From: an uncultured bacterium
Lineage (GTDB): Bacteria; Patescibacteriota; Patescibacteriia; UBA9570; XYC2-FULL-38-9
Assembly (NCBI GenBank): GCA_937996685.1
Contig: CALKUP010000002.1
Span: 23,003 to 87,002 of the forward strand
Direction of reading: 5' to 3'
DNA length: 64,000 nucleotides
A model generated the notes under the pieces. It did not search any database. It had not been told where the DNA came from and saw only the letters and a list, made by a program, of their open reading frames with translations. Position 1 is the stretch's first letter. The number at the start of each line of letters is the position of its first letter. Shown piece after piece: positions 1 to 8,958 of this stretch. A program made the position numbers and the translations under genes.

Positions 1-155
1 TCTAACAGATGATCCGGGACTTGTTGAGTGCAAGCAGGGGAAAAAGACAGTAGTACTGAAAACAGAATTTTTAAAAAAACGATAATCTATATGGCCAAAG
101 GAGAACATCGCGACCAAAAGAATAAAAACGTCAAAAAGAAAAAACAAGAGAAAAA

Positions 156-183
156 AAAGACAGCGAAGTAGCTGTCTTTTTTA
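156..183 (+). terminator. Rho-independent terminator-like hairpin (AGACAGC..GCTGTCT plus T-run)
   Basis: Inverted repeat agacagc/gctgtct (158-164/171-177) followed by TTTTTT; lies downstream of a Lys-rich reading frame that ends at 168. Confidence 0.45.
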
Positions 184-188
184 CTATA

Positions 189-740
189 TTGACATTCGGT
201 TTTTTATCGGTTATGAATAGTAGTATGAAAAATAATTACGCGTTTATTGATGGACAAAATTTATACATGGGAACTGCTCGACGCCAGATAGATCCATGGA
301 AAATTGATTTGTCACGATTCCGTATTTATTTAGATCAAAAATATCAAGTAAAAAAGGCATTTTATTTTTTAGGGTTTTTAGAAGAATCTCAAGAATCCTT
401 ATATGAGGCGATTCAAGCCGCAGGGTTTATTTTGGTATTTCGCGAGCACACTTCCTTAATGCTAGGTAAGAAAAAAGGGAATGTTGATTCGGATTTGATT
501 TTGCACATCATGAAAAAACTGTACTATAAAGAGTCTTTTGATAAAGTCATTTTGGTTTCTGGTGATGGTGACTATAAACAGCTGGTGGACTTTTTGATTT
601 CTGAAGAAAAACTTGAAAAAGTATTGTTTCCTGACGGACAAAGAGCCTCTTCTTTATATAAAAAATTGGGAGCCCCAGCATTTGCTGCCTTGGATGTGCC
701 AGATGTGAGAAAAAAGATAGAAATGAAAAAGGCTCCTTAG
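189..740 (+). CDS. NYN/LabA-like (PIN-fold) domain protein
   Basis: N-terminal AFIDGQNLY and VSGDGDY motifs are typical of NYN/LabA-like PIN-fold proteins. The true start may be one of the internal Met codons (213/225). Confidence 0.55.
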   Translation: MTFGFLSVMNSSMKNNYAFIDGQNLYMGTARRQIDPWKIDLSRFRIYLDQKYQVKKAFYFLGFLEESQESLYEAIQAAGFILVFREHTSLMLGKKKGNVDSDLILHIMKKLYYKESFDKVILVSGDGDYKQLVDFLISEEKLEKVLFPDGQRASSLYKKLGAPAFAALDVPDVRKKIEMKKAP

Positions 741-833
741 GCAGTTAGCCGTTCGGAACCTTCTTCGTCGTAATGGGGATACTATAGCACAATCATGAAA
801 AAAATCAAGAGCTATTGATATCCAGGCTCTTTT

Positions 834-2294
834 TTACAACAACGTACTTAAATCAAGGGTTTGAGTAATTTTCAGTTGATCAACAAATTCCTGATCATGA
901 CAGACAACAACAATCGCGCCTTCATAGTTGTTTAAGGCTTCAGCGATTACTGGGAGATGACGGAAGTTGATGTGATTGGTTGGCTCGTCCAAAATAAGTA
1001 GGCCTGGTTCTTGCAAAACAAATCGTGCGTAACTGAGCAAGGCTTTTTGACCTTCTGACAGCGCGCCAATTGGTGTGTGCAGCGCATCGCCCTTTAACAA
1101 AAATTGTGCAGCAGTTTGGAATAATTCTTGTTCACCGCCACGGACTTGAATGGCTTGCAGTTCAGCAAATGCAGTGCTGTCAAAATCAAGGCCAGAAAAA
1201 TCTTGTCGATAATAGCCTTCGCGAATCCCTTCGACAATTTCCATGCCAGCCTCTGTCGCGTTCGCAAGCGCTTCCAATAAAGTTGTTTTTCCGATGCCGT
1301 TTGGTCCAGTGATGTGGAGCATGTCGCCACGACGTAATGTGATGTCGACTTTTTTCTCACGACGTTCATGGTTGACAATGATACCAACGGAGTTCAAATG
1401 GAGAATTGGATTGACCGCGTCTTCTTGGACTGGAATCGTAAATGATCGAATCGTTTTATCTTCTTGGCGAACGCTGACCATGGCCTCTTCACTTTCCTCA
1501 ATTTCATCACGCAACTTACTCGCGAGTTTACGCATTTTACCCCCTTTATTTGAAAAGAAGTTGACTTTGTCTTTGCGATCTTGAATAGTCTTTTTTAATT
1601 GCGCATTTTTTCGCTCTTCACGTTCAATTTGCGCACTAATTTCTTCGACAACGTCAAAGTAATCACCGACGTATTGTTGGGTTTTGTGAGAATAGGAATC
1701 TAGGTGAATGACGGCGTCCGTAAAAGTGTTCAAAAAAGACGCATCATGGGAAATGACAATCACCGTTTTTTCGTAGCCAAGCAAGAAAGCGATTAAGTGA
1801 TTAATGCCATCTTCATCTAAATTATTTGTTGGCTCGTCTAATAGCAGGATGTCTGGGTTTTGCACTAATGCATAGGCAAGCAAGAGACGGGCTTGTTGAC
1901 CGCCGGACAGTTTTCCGACAAGCCAGTCGAGTGGGAGATTGAGGTTGACTGCTTCAAAAACTTTTGCGATCCGTCGATCAAGATCATAAATCGTTTCACC
2001 TTCAAATGCGCGGGCGAAAAAATCAGAAATTGAAAGCTCGAGGCAGTCTCGCGGTACAACTTGCAGGGCAATGCCGATGCTTGCACCGTCATCAATATGC
2101 ATCACTCCGGATTCTGGCTTGAGCTCGCCAGTCATTAATTTGAAAATGGTACTCTTTCCAGCTCCATTTTGCCCCATGATCGTGACTTTGCTGTTTTTGC
2201 GAACACTAAAGCTGGCTTCATCGAGGATGACCTTTTTTTCACCGTATTTATAGGTGACGTTGTTGAATCGGATGGCGATGGCGTTGTTAGACAT
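834..2294 (-). CDS. ABC-F family ATPase (two tandem ABC domains, no membrane domain)
   Basis: Two Walker A motifs (GQNGAGKST; GPNGIGKTT), ABC signature LSGGQQARLLLA, Walker B LLLDEPTN present twice, and no TM segments. Confidence 0.8.
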   Translation of the reverse strand: MSNNAIAIRFNNVTYKYGEKKVILDEASFSVRKNSKVTIMGQNGAGKSTIFKLMTGELKPESGVMHIDDGASIGIALQVVPRDCLELSISDFFARAFEGETIYDLDRRIAKVFEAVNLNLPLDWLVGKLSGGQQARLLLAYALVQNPDILLLDEPTNNLDEDGINHLIAFLLGYEKTVIVISHDASFLNTFTDAVIHLDSYSHKTQQYVGDYFDVVEEISAQIEREERKNAQLKKTIQDRKDKVNFFSNKGGKMRKLASKLRDEIEESEEAMVSVRQEDKTIRSFTIPVQEDAVNPILHLNSVGIIVNHERREKKVDITLRRGDMLHITGPNGIGKTTLLEALANATEAGMEIVEGIREGYYRQDFSGLDFDSTAFAELQAIQVRGGEQELFQTAAQFLLKGDALHTPIGALSEGQKALLSYARFVLQEPGLLILDEPTNHINFRHLPVIAEALNNYEGAIVVVCHDQEFVDQLKITQTLDLSTLL

Positions 2295-2484
2295 GAAAAA
2301 AAATTAATGCGGAATAAAAACTGCCCATGCATACAAGCGAAATACAGGCAGAGAACTGACGTATCATACTGATTTTTTAGGAAAGAGTCAATGTTCTGTG
2401 TGCTTCATAAAACAAACATACAAAAATAGTGTATACTCTATGGTAGGTACGTTAAATAAAAAAATAAGTAACATATGAGGAGTT

Positions 2485-3267
2485 ATGTCAAAAAAAATAC
2501 CAGAGTCTAAAAAGTTTACAAATTTACGTCCTTGGAATATTACGATGTTTTTCTTGCATGCGATTCAAGCGGGTCTCATGTTCGTGCTCAGTAGTGATTT
2601 TTCATTACCGCTGACAACATTGTTTGTGGAATTCGATCCAAAGACAATGATGTTGGGGCAAAACCTCGCAGAACTTGGCATGGTCCGCGTCGGGCCGCTG
2701 GTTGCAGGTTTTCTGGCGTTGTCTGCGCTGGCGCATTTATTGGTTTCATTGCCAGGAATTTTTCAGTGGTATGTTCGCAATCTCAAAAAAGGAGCGAACT
2801 ATGCGCGTTGGATTGAGTACTCTCTCAGTTCTTCATTGATGATCGTTGTTATTGCGATGCTGACTGGAATGTATGACGCAATTAGTTTGGCGCTCATGTT
2901 CTCACTCAACGCGATGATGATTTTGTTTGGTTGGATGATGGAACTCCATAATCAATCAACAAAGAAAACAGATTGGACATCCTACATTTTTGGATGTATT
3001 GCTGGAATTGTCCCATGGATTGCGATTGCGTGTTATCTCGCATTTGCAGGCGAAGGGGATTTCAAAGCGCCAACATTCGTGTATTGGTTATTCTTCTCAA
3101 TGTTCGTGTTCTTTAACACTTTTGCAGTCAACATGATCTTGCAATACAAAAAGGTTGGTAAATGGAGTGATTACACATATGGTGAAAAAATGTACATTAT
3201 CTTAAGTCTGCTTGCGAAAACAGCACTTGCGTGGCAAGTCTGGGCCGGAACACTGCGCCCTGTATAA
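2485..3267 (+). CDS. Heliorhodopsin (7-TM retinal protein, inverted topology family)
   Basis: Strong block similarity to heliorhodopsin 48C12 as I recall it: RWIEYSLSSSLMIVVIA, ILFGWMMEL, FGCIAGIVPWIAI, KWSDYTYGEKMYIILSLLAKTALAWQVWAGTL. The TM7 lysine in the SLLAK context (the retinal Schiff-base site) is present. AGGAG Shine-Dalgarno 5 nt upstream of the ATG. Confidence 0.85.
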   Translation: MSKKIPESKKFTNLRPWNITMFFLHAIQAGLMFVLSSDFSLPLTTLFVEFDPKTMMLGQNLAELGMVRVGPLVAGFLALSALAHLLVSLPGIFQWYVRNLKKGANYARWIEYSLSSSLMIVVIAMLTGMYDAISLALMFSLNAMMILFGWMMELHNQSTKKTDWTSYIFGCIAGIVPWIAIACYLAFAGEGDFKAPTFVYWLFFSMFVFFNTFAVNMILQYKKVGKWSDYTYGEKMYIILSLLAKTALAWQVWAGTLRPV

Positions 3268-3293
3268 AAAAAGTCACATACAACCACGGAATG

Positions 3294-3322
3294 AAAAAGG
3301 CGCGTTTTGCGCTTTTTTCTAT
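3294..3322 (+). terminator. Rho-independent terminator after the heliorhodopsin gene
   Basis: AAAAAGGCGCG tttt GCGCTTTTTT stem-loop followed by a T-run. Confidence 0.5.
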
Positions 3323-3351
3323 ACGAAACAGCAGAAGTGTAGTACAGTGAT

Positions 3352-5172
3352 TTGACGATATTACGTATGAAAAAGAATACATCTACTCCAACAAAAACCG
3401 CAGACACAGCCCTTGCAAAGGATGAGGCTGAATCAAAAGATGCGCCAAATACACCGCCAGAAAAAAAGCAATCAAGCGTGTTTGTTTTATTGGCACCATA
3501 TAAAAAACAGCTGTCATTGCTTGTCGTAGTCGCCTTGGCGATTAATGCATTAGCACTTGTGTTGCCAAAAATTGTATCACACGCGATTGATGATTTTGGG
3601 CGTGGGCAGTTTGATTCACAGCAAGCAAGTATTTTGTTTTTATCGGTTGTGACGACGATTTTCGCGTTAACCTATATTCAAAGTATTTTGCAAACACTTG
3701 CGTCCGAGCGCGTTGGCCGTGATTTGCGTGACCAGCTCTCAGCAAAAATTTCAGAGCAAACCTATGCAACCATTCAAGAGTTAACACCAGCTAAGCTCCT
3801 GACAAACTTAACCTCTGATATTGATTCAATCAAAACATTTGTTGCGCAAGCGCTGGTATCGATGGTCGCATCTGTTGTGACGATTATTGGAGCGAGTGTA
3901 TTATTATTGTCTATTAACTGGCGACTCGCGCTGGCGGTTCTGGCAATTTTGCCAATTATTGCTGGAGTGTTTTTCTTTGTGCTTTCAAAAGTCCGAAAGT
4001 TGTTTGTCCAAACGCGTGAAGTGATTGATTGGCTCAATCGAGTGATTAATGAAAGTATTCTTGGCTCAGCATTGATTCGTGTCTTGAATTCGCAAACACT
4101 CGAGCAAACAAAATTTTTAACAGCCAATGAAAAGGCGAAAAGTTTAGGTCTTGATATTTTGCGGATGTTTGCCGCGATGATCCCGATTATCACCTTTGTT
4201 GCAAATAGCGCGACAGTCATTATTTTGGCGCTTGGTGGTCATTTTGTGATTACTGGCACAATGACACTTGGTGATTTTGCAGCCTTTAATAGTTACTTGA
4301 GTACACTCATCTTCCCAATTTTTGTGATCGGATTTATGAGTAATGTGATCGCGCAGGCGACTGCATCATACGGCCGCATTATGCTGGTATTAGAAGCGCC
4401 GCAAGCGGTTGAGACAGGCGAGCGGCAAGAAACCTTGCGCGGTGATGTTGCGTTTTCTGATGTGTCGGTGGTGTATGGTGAAAAATCGGTTGTGAAAAAT
4501 GTGTCATTTCAGGTTGCTGCTGGAACTAAGACCGCGATTATCGGCCCGACAGCTGGCGGGAAAACGCAGTTGCTCTATTTATTAACCGGATTAATTGAAC
4601 CGCAGTCAGGGGTTGTGTCTTATGATGGGCATCCGATTGCGGAGTACAACACAGCAGCGTTGCGTCGACAAGTTGGGGTTGTGTTTCAAGACAGTATCGT
4701 CTTTCAATTGCCGATCGCAGAAAATATTGCATTTGCAGACACAGTGACAGATGAGGACATGCAAAAAGCGATTGAAACAGCTGAGTTGTCTGATTTTATT
4801 GCAACGCTTCCAGATGGATTGCAAACAGAAGTCTCAGAGCGGGGAACGTCGCTCTCTGGCGGACAAAAACAACGCATGATGCTCGCTCGTGCACTGGCAC
4901 TCAATCCACGTGTATTGTTGCTTGATGACTTTACTGCCAGAGTTGATGCGCGGACAGAAAAAAAGATTCTTGAAAATATTGAAAAAAATTATCCGGACGT
5001 GACATTGATTTCCGTCACGCAAAAAATCGGCTCGATTGAAAAATATGATCAAATTGTGGTGTTGATGGAAGGCGAAGTGCTCGGCACAGGCACGCATCAA
5101 GAACTCTTGCAAACATCACCAGAATACGTGCAAATTTACGATTCCCAACAAAGTACACACGCATATGAATAA
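3352..5172 (+). CDS. ABC exporter, fused permease-ATPase (half of a heterodimeric pair)
   Basis: N-terminal 6-TM exporter domain, then Walker A GPTAGGKT, signature LSGGQKQR and Walker B LLLDD. Overlaps the next gene by 8 nt. Confidence 0.8.
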   Translation: MTILRMKKNTSTPTKTADTALAKDEAESKDAPNTPPEKKQSSVFVLLAPYKKQLSLLVVVALAINALALVLPKIVSHAIDDFGRGQFDSQQASILFLSVVTTIFALTYIQSILQTLASERVGRDLRDQLSAKISEQTYATIQELTPAKLLTNLTSDIDSIKTFVAQALVSMVASVVTIIGASVLLLSINWRLALAVLAILPIIAGVFFFVLSKVRKLFVQTREVIDWLNRVINESILGSALIRVLNSQTLEQTKFLTANEKAKSLGLDILRMFAAMIPIITFVANSATVIILALGGHFVITGTMTLGDFAAFNSYLSTLIFPIFVIGFMSNVIAQATASYGRIMLVLEAPQAVETGERQETLRGDVAFSDVSVVYGEKSVVKNVSFQVAAGTKTAIIGPTAGGKTQLLYLLTGLIEPQSGVVSYDGHPIAEYNTAALRRQVGVVFQDSIVFQLPIAENIAFADTVTDEDMQKAIETAELSDFIATLPDGLQTEVSERGTSLSGGQKQRMMLARALALNPRVLLLDDFTARVDARTEKKILENIEKNYPDVTLISVTQKIGSIEKYDQIVVLMEGEVLGTGTHQELLQTSPEYVQIYDSQQSTHAYE

Positions 5173-6940
5173 TTATCGATTAATAACAAATACAGACGAT
5201 GTTGCTGCGGGCAGTGCTTCGGCGGCGATGAAAAAAATGCGACCGTTAATGACCGGAGAAGGTCGCCAGCTCATTATTGCCGCAATTGCGATCGTGACAA
5301 ATTCAGGCCTGATGCTCGCAGGTCCTATTATTGTTGGTCGTGTTATCGACACCTATATCGTGACAAAAAACTTCACCGGTGTGTGGCAGTATTCATTGTT
5401 GTTGATCGGCATGTATCTTGTAGGACTTGTCGCAAGTTACGTTCAGACACGTGTCATGGGCGGCGTCTCTCAACGCGTGTTATTTCGATTGCGTAATAGT
5501 ATTTTTGATAAGTTGCAAGATTTACCTGTTGCATTTTTTCAACAAAATAAAGCCGGCGATTTGATTTCTCGTATTAACAATGACACAGACAAGCTTGGGC
5601 AATTTTTCTCTCAATCAATCATGCAGTTTATCGGTAATATTTTTATGATTATTGGGTCCGGAATTGCGGTGTTGTCCATTAATTGGCGTTTAGGTCTCGC
5701 GGCATTAGTGCCAGCGGCTGGGTTATTTATCATGACAAAGTTGCTTGGTCCATGGATCAAAAAACGTAACGCAATCAGTATGAAAAGTACTGGCGGGATG
5801 AGTGCCGAAATTCAAGAAAGTCTTGATCACTTTAAGGTGGTTGTTGCATTTAATCGTCGGGATTATTTTCGAAAATCATTTGCCGCTGCCAATGAAGAAA
5901 ACTATCATGCAGCAATTCGATCAGGGATTGCGAACAACACATTTACGCCAGTCTATGGATTTGCGTCTAACCTCGCGTTGTTGATTGTCTTGCTATACGG
6001 CTTTCATTTGATTACGGCTGGGATGTTTACATTCGGTTTATTGATTAGTTTTTTGACATACATCAATCGTTTTTATGACCCACTGCGACAAATGGCAGCT
6101 CTTTGGACGACGTTTCAAGTAGCGCTGGCAGGATGGGATCGCATCCATGCAATTTTAGAAATGGAAACAGATTTGGTTGTATTGCCAAGCGAAGAAGGTG
6201 TGCATGCAGAAGGTGTGCGGACTAGTCTAGTCGAGTTTCGCAACGTTCATTTTGGATACACTGATGAATCAGTGGTGTTGCAACAAGCCAATTTTGTGCT
6301 AGAAACTGGCAAGACATACGCGCTCGTCGGCCCGACAGGTGGGGGAAAAACCACAACAGCCTCATTGATGGCTCGTTTGTTTGATCCAACAGAAGGCACT
6401 ATTTTGTTGAATGGACGTGATTTACGAACCTATACAATTGAAGAGCGTTCACAGGCAATTGGATTCATTTTGCAAGAACCATTTTTGTTCAGCGGGACTG
6501 TTGGAGATAACGTTCGGTACGGCAATGAAGCCTATAGCAACATGACAAATGAAGAGCTTGTGCTTGAATTGAAAAAACAAAACTTAGACGCAGTGATTGA
6601 AAAATTTGACGAGGGTCTTGATACCGTGATTGAAAACGGGGGAGATTCAATGAGTCTTGGGCAAAAGCAGCTCATTGCATTTGTTCGAGCGTTGCTTCGT
6701 CAGCCGCAGCTGTTGATTCTTGATGAAGCAACAGCAAATATTGATACAGTGACAGAACAACTCTTAGAAGACATTTTGCGTAAGCTCCCGAAAACAACCA
6801 CTCGAGTGGTCATTGCGCATCGTTTGAACACGATCGCCGATGCAGATACTATTTTCTTCGTGAATGGCGGCACAATTACAGAAGCTGGTTCAATGGAAAA
6901 AGCCGTTGACATGCTCATGAACGGGAAACGGCAGAGTTAG
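5165..6940 (+). CDS. ABC exporter, fused permease-ATPase (partner subunit)
   Basis: TM domain plus Walker A GPTGGGKTT, signature SLGQKQL and Walker B LILDEAT. Translationally coupled to the upstream paralog. Confidence 0.8.
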   Translation: MNNYRLITNTDDVAAGSASAAMKKMRPLMTGEGRQLIIAAIAIVTNSGLMLAGPIIVGRVIDTYIVTKNFTGVWQYSLLLIGMYLVGLVASYVQTRVMGGVSQRVLFRLRNSIFDKLQDLPVAFFQQNKAGDLISRINNDTDKLGQFFSQSIMQFIGNIFMIIGSGIAVLSINWRLGLAALVPAAGLFIMTKLLGPWIKKRNAISMKSTGGMSAEIQESLDHFKVVVAFNRRDYFRKSFAAANEENYHAAIRSGIANNTFTPVYGFASNLALLIVLLYGFHLITAGMFTFGLLISFLTYINRFYDPLRQMAALWTTFQVALAGWDRIHAILEMETDLVVLPSEEGVHAEGVRTSLVEFRNVHFGYTDESVVLQQANFVLETGKTYALVGPTGGGKTTTASLMARLFDPTEGTILLNGRDLRTYTIEERSQAIGFILQEPFLFSGTVGDNVRYGNEAYSNMTNEELVLELKKQNLDAVIEKFDEGLDTVIENGGDSMSLGQKQLIAFVRALLRQPQLLILDEATANIDTVTEQLLEDILRKLPKTTTRVVIAHRLNTIADADTIFFVNGGTITEAGSMEKAVDMLMNGKRQS

Positions 6941-6972
6941 GGATTGTAAGCTGGTGATCATCCATATGGCGT

Positions 6973-8346
6973 TTGTTTTGTTTGTGTGAGTTGGGGTTTT
7001 TGGATATACTGATTGTCATGCGACAACCACAAAAAATCTTGAATATCATGCATATCGCTGATGCGCTCGTATTTGTGCTTGTTGGGTTTGCGATATTGCT
7101 ATGGGCGCTGGGAGTTGCAGATAATGATGTTTTTGCAACAACTCAAACAACCTTAACCGCTATCGGGCAAATACTCGGACTTTCTGGCATTGTCTTGTTC
7201 GCATTGAATTTGATTATTAGTGCGCGGTTTTTGTGGCTCGAGGCACTGTTCGGTGGCTTGAATCGGCTTTATATTCAACACAGTCGGTATGGGCAGTGGG
7301 CTTTTATTGCATTGCTGTTTCATCCGTTGACGTTGGTGTTTCAATATAGTGCCGGCTCATTTGTTCTCGCGATCAAGTTTTTATTGCCGAGCGATAATGT
7401 AGCGCTAACATTCGGCATTATCGGTTTGTATTCAATGATTGCCTTGATTGTGCTCACGCTTTACATTCGGCCGCAATATCATCTATGGAAGTTGTTGCAT
7501 AAATTATTTGGGGTTGCATTCTTTTTTGGCGGGCTGCATGTTTTATTGATTCCAAGTACACTCAGTCAATACGCCCCATTAAAAATCTACATTCTCACAA
7601 TTGTTGTACTTGGGTTATCTGCGTATGTGTACCGGAGTGTACTCGCGCAGTTTTTGGTGAAGCAATACCGCTACACGGTATTAAGTGTCACACCGTTGAA
7701 TGAGATGATTACGCGTGTGCTGTTGAAGCCGGTCGCTGCGCCGATGCAGTACCGGGCAGGACAGTTTTTGTTTATCCGTTTTATTGACCATGACATTTCT
7801 ACTGAAGCGCATCCATTTAGTATTGTGTCAGAGCCTGGTGCAGAATTTTTAGAAATCGCTGTAAAAAACAGTGGCGATTATACAGCGAGAATGAGTCAGT
7901 TGTCTTCAGGCTCCGAGGCGCTGCTTGAAGGTCCGTTTGGATATTTTTTCGTTTTAGATGGCGCTGTGCAAAAACAGGTTTGGATCGCCGGCGGTATTGG
8001 TATTACACCGTTTATTGGCCGAGTGCGATTGATGATGCACGCAGGACTTGCTGAAGGTGAGTCTGTTGATTTGTATTATTGCGTGCGCAATGAAGCAGAG
8101 GCAGTCTACCTCAACGAACTACGCGCTCTTGAACAGATGTATCCAGAACAATTTCGCGTAATTATATTCGCTTCCGAAACAGAAGGTCGTATTTCTGCAG
8201 AAACAATCGCACAGCGTTCCGGTGATCTATCTGAGGCTGATATTTTTGTGTGCGCACCGCCTGTTATGATTCAGTCATTGAAAAAACAATTTCGAGCAAT
8301 AGGTGTTTCAAAAAGCGCAATTCACTCCGAAGAATTTTCTTTATAA
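6973..8346 (+). CDS. Ferric reductase / NADPH-oxidase-like transmembrane flavocytochrome (NOX/FRE family)
   Basis: N-terminal multi-TM domain with spaced His pairs (HSRYGQWAFIALLFH ... GGLHVLL), then the FAD-binding HPFSI motif and the NAD-binding GGIGITPF motif. Architecture resembles bacterial SpNOX-type enzymes. The start may be an internal Met (7018/7051). Confidence 0.7.
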   Translation: MFCLCELGFLDILIVMRQPQKILNIMHIADALVFVLVGFAILLWALGVADNDVFATTQTTLTAIGQILGLSGIVLFALNLIISARFLWLEALFGGLNRLYIQHSRYGQWAFIALLFHPLTLVFQYSAGSFVLAIKFLLPSDNVALTFGIIGLYSMIALIVLTLYIRPQYHLWKLLHKLFGVAFFFGGLHVLLIPSTLSQYAPLKIYILTIVVLGLSAYVYRSVLAQFLVKQYRYTVLSVTPLNEMITRVLLKPVAAPMQYRAGQFLFIRFIDHDISTEAHPFSIVSEPGAEFLEIAVKNSGDYTARMSQLSSGSEALLEGPFGYFFVLDGAVQKQVWIAGGIGITPFIGRVRLMMHAGLAEGESVDLYYCVRNEAEAVYLNELRALEQMYPEQFRVIIFASETEGRISAETIAQRSGDLSEADIFVCAPPVMIQSLKKQFRAIGVSKSAIHSEEFSL

Positions 8347-8349
8347 GAT

Positions 8350-8709
8350 ATGAAGTACATTACTCTCACAGCGATTATTCTGTTCGTCCTCACAGTTGGC
8401 ACCGTTGGATTGCTGAGCCTCTTGTTTCCAAATGCAACGTATGCGCCAGGGTCTTCAATAAATGGTAATCAAGCAGCACAATCAGTTTTTTCAGCTGCTG
8501 AGGTTGCGCAACATTCAACAACAACGGATTGTTATTTGATTGTGAAAGGTACCGTCTATGACGTCACGTCGTATATCGGGGGTCATCCAGGAGGCGCAGG
8601 AGAAATCACGAGTCGTTGCGGCGGAGAAGTGACGAGTATCTTTACGTCTATTCATTCAAACGCTGCCTGGAACCTCCTTGGGAAATACGCTATCGGAACA
8701 GTGCAGTAA
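8350..8709 (+). CDS. Secreted/membrane-anchored cytochrome b5-like heme-binding domain protein
   Basis: N-terminal hydrophobic signal/anchor. The b5 signature HPGG has a second axial His 24 residues later in an HS context (SIHSNA). The start is 4 nt after the NOX-like gene stop, so they likely form an operon. Confidence 0.65.
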   Translation: MKYITLTAIILFVLTVGTVGLLSLLFPNATYAPGSSINGNQAAQSVFSAAEVAQHSTTTDCYLIVKGTVYDVTSYIGGHPGGAGEITSRCGGEVTSIFTSIHSNAAWNLLGKYAIGTVQ

Positions 8710-8749
8710 TCGAGATATTCACAGAAGGTGAATAGAAAAAATATTCGAA

Positions 8750-8781
8750 AAACCTCCTATATCGTGGAGGTTTATTTTTTT
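8750..8781 (+). terminator. Rho-independent terminator
   Basis: AAACCTCC tatatcgt GGAGGTTT followed by TTTTTTT. Confidence 0.6.
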
Positions 8782-8783
8782 GA

Positions 8784-8799
8784 CCACTAGATGTAGTGG
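8784..8799. promoter_or_regulatory. NrdR-box-like palindrome, copy 1 (ccaCTAgATgTAGtgg)
   Basis: Matches the NrdR box consensus acaCwAtATaTwGtgt at most positions. An identical 16-mer ACTAGATGTAGTGGTT recurs 118 bp downstream. Lies upstream of the ribonucleotide reductase gene. Confidence 0.5.
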
Positions 8800-8901
8800 T
8801 TGTCCGCACCTCATCCACCTATTATCCACATTTTCGGTACATTGAATCTATGCTAGAATAAGGGTCAATCTAAGTCCCGCAGAATCGTGCACAGATTCTT
8901 C

Positions 8902-8917
8902 CAACTAGATGTAGTGG
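8902..8917. promoter_or_regulatory. NrdR-box-like palindrome, copy 2
   Basis: The same 16-mer core as copy 1, about 40 bp upstream of the RNR start codon, likely overlapping the promoter. Confidence 0.5.
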
Positions 8918-8958
8918 TTATAAACTAAAATGAATACAATAGAGCTTCTTTAACGCCT

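Noticed and set aside
91-168. 26-aa Lys-rich ORF (MAKGEHRDQKNKNVKKKKQEKKKTAK) ending before the first terminator
   Set aside because: Too short and low-complexity to support without conservation data. It could equally be the tail of a gene truncated by the window edge in another frame.
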